64,000 nt of DNA, taken from positions 75,593 to 139,592 of the forward strand of contig JBAYLC010000002.1 in NCBI GenBank assembly GCA_041664245.1. Direction: 5' to 3'. Positions 57,248 through 64,000 of this stretch are shown here, piece after piece; position 1 is the stretch's first letter, and every line of letters begins with the position of its first letter. The translations under genes were made by a program, and so were the position numbers. The DNA comes from Minisyncoccota bacterium (GTDB lineage: Bacteria > Patescibacteriota > Minisyncoccia > UBA6257 > 2-01-FULL-56-20). The notes under the pieces are model-generated. The model was not told where the DNA came from and did no database searches. It was given only the letters and a program-made list of their open reading frames with translations.

Positions 57248-58348
57248 ATGACAAAAGAAAATTGGAAAAAAATTATATTAATTGCGGTGGTGGTGACGAC
57301 AACCTTGCTTTTTAATCATAGTTCAAAAAGTGGTTCGGGAACTGGCGAGGGTGTTGTTTATAAAAATCCCGGCAATGAAGTGCAGCCGATTTTGTCAGCT
57401 TCAACTTACGATTCTATCCAGGCCGATCCATTAATTGGGACTTTGAACGCGACGGATTCGGCAACCAACGGTTTGAATAACTCAGGAAATAGCGAGGTAT
57501 CAGCTGGAGTGCCGACGGCTAACGAGTTGAGCAATAACGAAAATGATATCTCGAGGCAAGACGTTGAGCTTAAAGCGGGCCTTCAAGGATTGGGATTTAA
57601 AAAGATAAGAAGTGACTCAATGTTTGATTTCCAGGGCGCGGCGGCAATCGTGAGCGATTTGGAGACGGGAGAAATTTATTTTGATTTTAATCCAACGAGA
57701 TTATGGCCGACAGCGTCGCTTACTAAACTAATGACGGCGGCCACGGCTATGACCGAAGCGAGGATGCCGGAGACGATAGAGTTATTAAACTCTGATTTTG
57801 CTGTTGATTCGCCCGGCGGTTTTTTTCGAGCGGGTGATCGATACAGTTTTGATGATTTTCTGAGAGGAACGTTGATGACTTCCAGTAACGCTGGATCCGA
57901 AGCTTTGGCGAGGATTTTTGGGCGGGAAAACTTCTTGGCTGATATGAATAATTTGGCGAAGGAGTGGGGGCTACAAAATACAGTTTTTAAGGACCCGACC
58001 GGACTTTCAATATCAAACCAGTCAACAGCTTACGACTTGAAAGAGATGGTTTCTAAAATATATCGGGATTATTCCGATATTCTGAAAATGACTAGAAGAA
58101 GCACTTGGGTGGCAATTGAAACCACTTCCAAGAGGCGGGTTAAGTTTGTAAGTAATAATAATTTTGCCGGCCGGGCGGATTTTTTGGGCGGTAAAACTGG
58201 ATACACCGAAGAGGCGAACGGAAATTTGGTTTCTATTTTTTCTTATAGCGGACGGCCGATCATGGTTGTAGTTTTGGGAACAAACGATCGATTTGGAGAA
58301 ACGGGGCGATTACTAAATTGGTTCAAATCCAATTACGCGATTAATTAA
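57248..58348 (+). CDS. D-alanyl-D-alanine carboxypeptidase (peptidase S11)
   Basis: SxxK (ASLTKLMT), SxN (SSNAGSE) and KTG (GKTGYT) motifs. Confidence 0.75.
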   Translation: MTKENWKKIILIAVVVTTTLLFNHSSKSGSGTGEGVVYKNPGNEVQPILSASTYDSIQADPLIGTLNATDSATNGLNNSGNSEVSAGVPTANELSNNENDISRQDVELKAGLQGLGFKKIRSDSMFDFQGAAAIVSDLETGEIYFDFNPTRLWPTASLTKLMTAATAMTEARMPETIELLNSDFAVDSPGGFFRAGDRYSFDDFLRGTLMTSSNAGSEALARIFGRENFLADMNNLAKEWGLQNTVFKDPTGLSISNQSTAYDLKEMVSKIYRDYSDILKMTRRSTWVAIETTSKRRVKFVSNNNFAGRADFLGGKTGYTEEANGNLVSIFSYSGRPIMVVVLGTNDRFGETGRLLNWFKSNYAIN

Positions 58349-58351
58349 GCA

Positions 58352-59428
58352 ATGACGAGCGCTATTTTGGGATCGAATTATATTCTTTCTGAATCCATAA
58401 GGGTTATTGTTTTAATGGTAATTAGTTTCGGAGTGGCGCTTCTGATGACGCCATTTTGGTTCAAATTAATAAAGCAATATCAGTTACACAAGCAAATCAG
58501 GACCTCAAAAGACGCACCGGTTTATAATAGTTATCACCAGAAAAAAGAGGGGACGCCGACAGCCGGCGGGATAATAATTTGGTCAACGGTTTTGATTGTC
58601 GCGATTTTTTTTGGCTTCGTAAATTTATTTTTTGACGGTTTTTGGGGGCATTTTAGTTTTATTGATAGAGCGCAAACATATTTGCCGATCGCAGCGCTTA
58701 TTATTGCCGCGCTCCTCGGACTTTTTGATGACTGGCTGGGAGTTTTGCGAATCGGATCTAACGGCGGCGGAATGAAGATCCGATACAAATTGATTTTTTA
58801 CACGGTGGCGGCGGCGATCGGCGCTTGGTGGTTTTATTTTAAACTAGATATTCACACTATTTATGTTCCGTTTTGGGGGAATTTTGAAATTGGGGTTTGG
58901 TATATTCCGATTTTTATGTTTGTAATTATCGCCAGCGCTTTTTCGGCTAACGAAACCGATGGTTTGGACGGGCTTTTGGGCGGAGTGTCTCTCTTTGCTT
59001 TCGTGGCACTCACGGTGGTGGCGTTTGTTTTGGGACGCTATGATCTGGCGGCTTTAGGAGGAGTGGTGATTGGAAGTCTATTAGCGTTTTTGTGGTTTAA
59101 TATTTTTCCCGCCAAATTTTTTATGGGAGATACCGGATCAATGTCCCTAGGAATTACAATCGGGGTGATTGCGATGCTCACTAATACCGTTTTATTACTG
59201 CCGTTTTTTGCGATTATTTTAGTGATTGAATCACTCTCGGTAATTATTCAGATGATAAGCAAAAAAATCTGGAAGAAGAAAATTTTTCTTTCTTCGCCGA
59301 TTCACCATCATTTTGAAGCTTTGGGCTGGCCGGAGTCGCAAGTGACAATGCGGTTTTGGATTATTTCGGCCTTGGTAAGCGCTTTCGGTTTGGTTATTTT
59401 TTTCTTAGCGAGATTTTTGAACGGATAG
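58352..59428 (+). CDS. mraY: Phospho-N-acetylmuramoyl-pentapeptide transferase MraY
   Basis: Ten-TM glycosyltransferase family 4 with DDxxG (GLFDDWLG), NETDGLDGL and FMGDTGS motifs. Confidence 0.85.
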   Translation: MTSAILGSNYILSESIRVIVLMVISFGVALLMTPFWFKLIKQYQLHKQIRTSKDAPVYNSYHQKKEGTPTAGGIIIWSTVLIVAIFFGFVNLFFDGFWGHFSFIDRAQTYLPIAALIIAALLGLFDDWLGVLRIGSNGGGMKIRYKLIFYTVAAAIGAWWFYFKLDIHTIYVPFWGNFEIGVWYIPIFMFVIIASAFSANETDGLDGLLGGVSLFAFVALTVVAFVLGRYDLAALGGVVIGSLLAFLWFNIFPAKFFMGDTGSMSLGITIGVIAMLTNTVLLLPFFAIILVIESLSVIIQMISKKIWKKKIFLSSPIHHHFEALGWPESQVTMRFWIISALVSAFGLVIFFLARFLNG

Positions 59429-59608
59429 AGTAAATATCCCCTCAACAGGATGCTTCGGGACAAACAAGTGTCTCTCCTTCGCTTCTGCGAAGCTACGGAA
59501 GGTAAACAAGTATTAAATTGATAAACCGACATGAATGATACTCTCCTTTTTGTCAAATTTGGATTGATTTTGCCACCGAGATTTTTTTGTGATATTCTCT
59601 AGGGCAAG

Positions 59609-60829
59609 ATGAAGCAATCGGAGTTGTTTGCGAAAACGGTGAGGACTTTTCCGAAAGATGAGGAAGCGATAAGCGCTAAGTTTTTGATTAGAGCCGGATT
59701 TGTGGATAAATTGATGGCAGGAGTTTACACTCTTTTGCCACTGGGATTGCGGGTAATGAAAAAAGTTGAACAGATAATTCGGGAAGAAATTAATGCGGTG
59801 GGCGGCCAGGAGATTTTTATGCCATCGTTTCAGCCGAAAGAGAATTGGATGAAGACCGGAAGATGGGAGACGATGACAGATTTATATAAAGTTAAAGATT
59901 CCAGCGACCGGGAATTTGCGCTGGGGCCGACCCACGAAGAAGTGGTGGTGCCGCTCATAAAGAGATTCGCTAGCTCTTATAAGGATTTGCCTGTTTATGT
60001 TTATCAATTTCAAAATAAATTTAGGATGGAGCTGCGTTCCAAGGGCGGCTTGCTCCGCGGACGCGAGTTTATGATGAAAGATTTATATTCTTTTCATTTA
60101 ACCGAGGGCGACTTAGATGAATATTACAATAGGGTGAAGGAGGCGTATTTTAAGATTTTTGACCGGATAGGAATCAGAAAAAAGACCTATTTCACTTTTG
60201 CTTCCGGTGGTACTTTCTCTAAGTATTCCCATGAATTTCAAACGGTTACGCCGGCAGGGGAAGATACTATATACGTATGTTCACGATGTAGTTTGGCTAT
60301 AAATAAAGAAATAAAAAACGAGCTAAACAAGTGCGCGGGTTGCGGCGGCGATGATTTTAAAGAAGAAAAGGCAATTGAAGTTGGAAATATTTTTAAATTA
60401 AAGGATAAATACACTCAACCGTTTGATTTTTCGGTGATGGACGACGACGGAAAAAAACGGCCGGTGATGATGGGCTGTTATGGGATCGGATTGGGGAGAA
60501 CGATGGCAACAGTGATCGAGGTTTCAAACGACGAGCGGGGAATGATTTGGCCGGAAGAGATTGCGCCATTTAGAGTCCATATTATCGAACTTGACGGTAA
60601 GAGCGCAAAAAAGATTTGTGCTGACTTTGAGAAGAGAGGGGAGGAAATTTTATACGATGAGAGAGGCGTAAGCCCGGGTGAGAAGTTCGCGGATGCGGAC
60701 TTAATCGGGATTCCTTGGCGAATTGTGGTAAGCAAGAAGGCGGGCTCAAAAGTAGAAGTTAAAAATCGGGCAAAGGCACAGATTAAATTAATGGAACCAA
60801 AACAAGCGATGAAGCTAATATTAAAATAA
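59609..60829 (+). CDS. proS: Proline--tRNA ligase (short form lacking the editing insertion)
   Basis: Class II aaRS motifs (FRMELRSKGGLLRGREFMMKDLYSFH), a ProRS-like anticodon-binding C-terminal domain, and a small Cys4 insertion (CSRC...CAGC). Confidence 0.8.
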   Translation: MKQSELFAKTVRTFPKDEEAISAKFLIRAGFVDKLMAGVYTLLPLGLRVMKKVEQIIREEINAVGGQEIFMPSFQPKENWMKTGRWETMTDLYKVKDSSDREFALGPTHEEVVVPLIKRFASSYKDLPVYVYQFQNKFRMELRSKGGLLRGREFMMKDLYSFHLTEGDLDEYYNRVKEAYFKIFDRIGIRKKTYFTFASGGTFSKYSHEFQTVTPAGEDTIYVCSRCSLAINKEIKNELNKCAGCGGDDFKEEKAIEVGNIFKLKDKYTQPFDFSVMDDDGKKRPVMMGCYGIGLGRTMATVIEVSNDERGMIWPEEIAPFRVHIIELDGKSAKKICADFEKRGEEILYDERGVSPGEKFADADLIGIPWRIVVSKKAGSKVEVKNRAKAQIKLMEPKQAMKLILK

Positions 60830-60831
60830 TT

Positions 60832-61869
60832 ATGTTGGATAGATTTTTCAAAGACATTGGTATCGACTTAGGAACGGCAAATTCTGTGGTTTATTTGCGA
60901 AATAAGGGAATTTTAATTGATGAGCCGACGGTGGTGGCGATTAATAACAAAACGAATCAAATTTTAGCGGTTGGCGACGAGGCCAAAAAAATGCTTGGGA
61001 GAACACCGGCTCATATTAGCGTGATAAGACCCTTAATCGGGGGGGTTATTTCTGATTTTGATATGACGCAAGAATTGATCCGCCAATTTTTAAAAAGGTT
61101 GAGCAGTCGATCGCTCTTTAGTTTTCGGCGCGCGATTTTGGCGATTCCCGACAACTTGACTGAGGTAGAGAGGAAGTCAGTTGAGGACGCGGTTTTAAAT
61201 TCTGGTTGTGCCAAAGTTTACCTAATTGAATCACCGATTGCTGCGGCTTTGGGAGCGAATTTACCCATTCACTTGCCAGCGGCTAGTTTGATTGTGGATA
61301 TTGGCGGGGGAACAACTGATATCGCTGTGATTTCGATGGGAGGAATTGTGGTATCGCGGACATTAAAGGTGGCTGGCGATCGTTTCAATGAAGATATCCA
61401 AAACTTTATTAGGGAGGAATTTAAATTGGCAGTGGGCGAACCGACTGCGGAGTTTGCGAAAATTGCAGTTGGTTCGGTTTTGCCAGGCCACGAGAAACTA
61501 GAAATAATTGTCAGGGGACGGGATTTTCGGAGCGGTTTACCAGGAGAGGTTTTAATTAAGGATAGCCATGTCCGTTTGGCGATATCAAGATCGGTTGATA
61601 CCATAATCGAAGCTATAAAAGAAGTGATTGAGGAAACACCGCCTGAGTTAGTGGGGGATATGATAAAGCAGGGAATTTATCTTTGTGGCGGCGGAGCGAT
61701 GTTACGGGGTTTGAGTCAGCTTGTTGCCAAGGAGACAGCAGTGGAGACTAGAATTGTTGAAAATCCGCTAAGTTGTGTGGCAAGGGGGTTGGGTCAAATT
61801 GTCGACGGTTTTCATTACAATCAAAAATTCTTAGACAATCCCCTAAAGCCAATTACAATTAACTTGTAA
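60832..61869 (+). CDS. mreB: Rod shape-determining protein MreB
   Basis: Actin-fold motifs IGIDLGTANS, EPTAAA-like SPIAAALGA, DIGGGTTD. Confidence 0.9.
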   Translation: MLDRFFKDIGIDLGTANSVVYLRNKGILIDEPTVVAINNKTNQILAVGDEAKKMLGRTPAHISVIRPLIGGVISDFDMTQELIRQFLKRLSSRSLFSFRRAILAIPDNLTEVERKSVEDAVLNSGCAKVYLIESPIAAALGANLPIHLPAASLIVDIGGGTTDIAVISMGGIVVSRTLKVAGDRFNEDIQNFIREEFKLAVGEPTAEFAKIAVGSVLPGHEKLEIIVRGRDFRSGLPGEVLIKDSHVRLAISRSVDTIIEAIKEVIEETPPELVGDMIKQGIYLCGGGAMLRGLSQLVAKETAVETRIVENPLSCVARGLGQIVDGFHYNQKFLDNPLKPITINL

Positions 61870-61887
61870 TTTTGTTAAAGTGTTTTT

Positions 61888-62589
61888 ATGAATAAGAGGA
61901 GATGGTTGTTACTGTCACTAATTATTATCCTGATTTTTCTTGTTTTTTTAAAACCTGATTTGGGGTGGAAAATTCGAGGTTTTATTAATAGAGGATTAGA
62001 AGGGGATGTTGAGGGAATGAATCGTCTGGCGGCGGAAAACGAAAATTTAAAGGTACAGTTGGTATTGCTTGATCAGGTTAAAGAGCAAATTCCGGAATCT
62101 TCGTCCGGATATATTTCGGCTTTTGTCTTCACCTACTACCCTTTTAGTTTGAAAGATAAATTTTTGATAGACGTTGGAACAAATCAGCAAATAAAAATTG
62201 GCCAACCGGTTGTTCTGCCCATTAATAAAAAGCTTGATTCAAAAAATGCCGAGGGTATTTTAATTGGGAGAATTTCTACGGTGTTTGATAATTCGGCACT
62301 GGTGCAGACGATTTTTGATAAAGATTGGAATTTGAAAGTTAAGATAGGAAAGAAAGGCGAGCCCTCGCTTCTAAAAGGAGGTTCAACGCCCAAACTAACA
62401 GTCATAAATAAGGAGGCAAAAATTGCTGATGGCGATGTGGTTTACAATGCCGATCCAAACTTTCCATTTTTTTATGCATTAGGAGAGGCAGCTGATCCCA
62501 AATTTTCGTCCGATCAAGTTTTTAAGGAAGCCGACCTCAGTTTTGCTTACGACTTAAGTAGAATAACAATTGTTTATGTTCTTAAATGA
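61888..62589 (+). CDS. mreC: Rod shape-determining protein MreC
   Basis: N-terminal TM, a coiled-coil (NLKVQLVLL), and a C-terminal beta domain, directly after mreB. Confidence 0.7.
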   Translation: MNKRRWLLLSLIIILIFLVFLKPDLGWKIRGFINRGLEGDVEGMNRLAAENENLKVQLVLLDQVKEQIPESSSGYISAFVFTYYPFSLKDKFLIDVGTNQQIKIGQPVVLPINKKLDSKNAEGILIGRISTVFDNSALVQTIFDKDWNLKVKIGKKGEPSLLKGGSTPKLTVINKEAKIADGDVVYNADPNFPFFYALGEAADPKFSSDQVFKEADLSFAYDLSRITIVYVLK

Positions 62590-63047
62590 GAAAAATTTTT
62601 TGGTTTGAAAAAAACTTTTTTTTGGGATTGCTGGGTTTTTTTGCGGCGCTGATTTTACAGATTAAGTTTAATCCGCTCTTTGGATTAAAAATTAATTTTG
62701 TCTTGATGGCTCTGGTAGTTTTGGCGTTATTCCTCGATTTTTTTGAAGTAATTTTTTTGGAACTTTTTGGGGTTTTTGTTTTGAATTGGCAGCCAAATTT
62801 AAGTACCGAGACAATCATATTTTTCTTGTTGCCGGCTGCTATTTCCCTGATTAAAAAATTTTTACCGGGACAAATTTGGTTTAATGGGTTGTTGTTAATT
62901 ATTCTTGGGGTTTTAGGGTTTTATTATTTTTCTTCTCTCGGTTCTTTTTTGAAAAATTGGCCGGAAGCTTTCGGAGGAATTATCGCTACGATTGGTTTTG
63001 GTTTTATGATTTTTTTCTCTTTTTATTCGATTCAGGATTATAATTAA
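62586..63047 (+). CDS. mreD: MreD-like membrane protein
   Basis: Small polytopic membrane protein overlapping the mreC stop by 4 nt, upstream of PBP2. The call rests on position. Confidence 0.45.
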   Translation: MRKIFWFEKNFFLGLLGFFAALILQIKFNPLFGLKINFVLMALVVLALFLDFFEVIFLELFGVFVLNWQPNLSTETIIFFLLPAAISLIKKFLPGQIWFNGLLLIILGVLGFYYFSSLGSFLKNWPEAFGGIIATIGFGFMIFFSFYSIQDYN

Positions 63048-63050
63048 CAA

Positions 63051-64000
63051 ATGTTTTTAAGGCGAAAACGAGAGGATATTGATTTTGAGGAAGTATTGGG
63101 AGATGAGTGGGCGTGTGATTTAGGAGTGGCCGAAGCGCCGCTTGAACGCCGTTCTATCCCAATCTTCGGAACGATTATTATCGTCTTGGGATTGATAATA
63201 ATCGGGCGGGTTATTTTTTTGGGTTTGGCCGACCACGATTTTTACTCGGCTCGAGCGGCGGCTAATCTTTCCCAAATTAATAAAACAACGGCGCCGCGAG
63301 GGGTGATGGAGGATACAAATGGAAAAATTTTAGCTGATAATAAGCCGATATTTTTTGCCACCCTTAACGTTAGAGATTTTCTAAAGGATGAAAATAAACG
63401 ACAATTGGCGTTTAAGTTAGCTTGGGAGGTTCTGGGGGTGGACAGCGGCGATTTGCTGGATTTGGTTAATAATAACAATCAGGGTCCGGCTTATGATTCT
63501 ATAATAGTTAGTTCAGAATTAAGCTTGGATCAGGTTATAAAAATTCAAGCAGCTAATTCTTCTGCACTTTTAGTTGTAAACGGTTTCGAACGTCAGTATT
63601 CCGAAGGACCGATTTTTTCTTCAATATTGGGATATACCGGAGTGGTTGATAGTAGTGATTTAAAAAGATATCCAGAATTAACAGGCAGGGATTTTGCCGG
63701 GAAAGTCGGATTAGAGGCGTTTTATGAAAGATACCTGCGGGGTCAAGCGGGGGTGACAGTGAAAATACGAGATGCGCTGGGTAATATCAAAGAGGAGAGG
63801 GACCAAAGCAAGCCGATAATTGGCCAGACTATTCACTTAACTATCGATGCTGATTTTCAAAAGTATTTCTATAAACGACTACAACAAGGACTTTCATCGC
63901 TTAATCGGAATATAGGAGTGGGGCTGGCGCTTAATCCACAAACAGGAGAAGTTTTAGCACTTATTAACCTTCCTAGTTACGATAACAATATTTTCGGTCA
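63051..64000 (+). CDS. mrdA: Penicillin-binding protein 2 (3'-truncated at the window end)
   Basis: Manual translation is open to the window end. N-terminal TM, the PBP dimerisation domain, and ...GVGLALNPQTGEVLALINLPSYDNN, typical of PBP2. Confidence 0.75.
   Translation, partial: MFLRRKREDIDFEEVLGDEWACDLGVAEAPLERRSIPIFGTIIIVLGLIIIGRVIFLGLADHDFYSARAAANLSQINKTTAPRGVMEDTNGKILADNKPIFFATLNVRDFLKDENKRQLAFKLAWEVLGVDSGDLLDLVNNNNQGPAYDSIIVSSELSLDQVIKIQAANSSALLVVNGFERQYSEGPIFSSILGYTGVVDSSDLKRYPELTGRDFAGKVGLEAFYERYLRGQAGVTVKIRDALGNIKEERDQSKPIIGQTIHLTIDADFQKYFYKRLQQGLSSLNRNIGVGLALNPQTGEVLALINLPSYDNNIFG

Noticed and set aside
1-64000. CRISPR arrays, rRNA genes, transposases/IS elements and integrases
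   Set aside because: I scanned for regularly spaced direct repeats, rRNA-like conserved blocks and DDE/tyrosine-recombinase motifs. None was found. The only repeat families are the three ~50-nt promoter elements and short octamer/heptamer tandem repeats.

Overview
This 64 kb window reads as a chromosomal segment from a small-genome, low-GC bacterium. The gene content and protein sizes suggest a Candidate Phyla Radiation / Patescibacteria-like organism; this is inferred from gene content, not from any search.

Coding is dense on both strands.

Identifiable housekeeping genes:
- prfB, carrying the classical programmed +1 frameshift (CTT TGA C), which implies UGA is a stop codon and the standard genetic code is in use;
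- ftsEX, obg, typA/bipA and a DEAD-box helicase;
- metK, preceded by a SAM-I riboswitch;
- an ABC-F ATPase and dnaX;
- scpAB, mraY, proS, mreBCD and the start of PBP2.

Surface and envelope machinery:
- Two tandem paralogous giant pilin-like proteins that carry type IV pilin N-termini.
- A type IV pilus locus with pilB, pilC and several prepilin-like proteins.
- An ECF sigma / anti-sigma pair next to a MacAB-like tripartite exporter.
- A cluster of two GT2 glycosyltransferases, a DedA protein and a PAP2-like protein.

Redox module: an extracytoplasmic flavinylation module made of an FMN-binding protein with an SGAT motif, ApbE, and a membrane FNR-like flavoprotein.

RNA genes: tRNA-Thr(CGU) on the plus strand and tRNA-Gln(CUG) on the minus strand.

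The most unusual region is 35.8-44.4 kb. It contains a ~50-nt conserved promoter-associated element in three copies that drive a set of nucleotide house-cleaning genes: a MazG-like gene, an operon of a nucleoside-deoxyribosyltransferase-like gene plus a Nudix gene, and an unknown GC-rich gene. A candidate small RNA with a consensus promoter and an intrinsic terminator sits in the same region. So does a GC-rich divergent gene pair of unknown function. The block ends in unknown proteins (one HEPN-like with an Rx4H motif, one kinase-like, one histidine phosphatase) that abut the 3' end of tRNA-Gln and look like a horizontally acquired island.

Other points of interest are a strongly expressed-looking 65-aa cysteine-rich small ORF immediately after the major pilin gene, and GTATCAAG tandem repeats at two pilin-like gene starts.

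No CRISPR array, rRNA or obvious transposase was seen.
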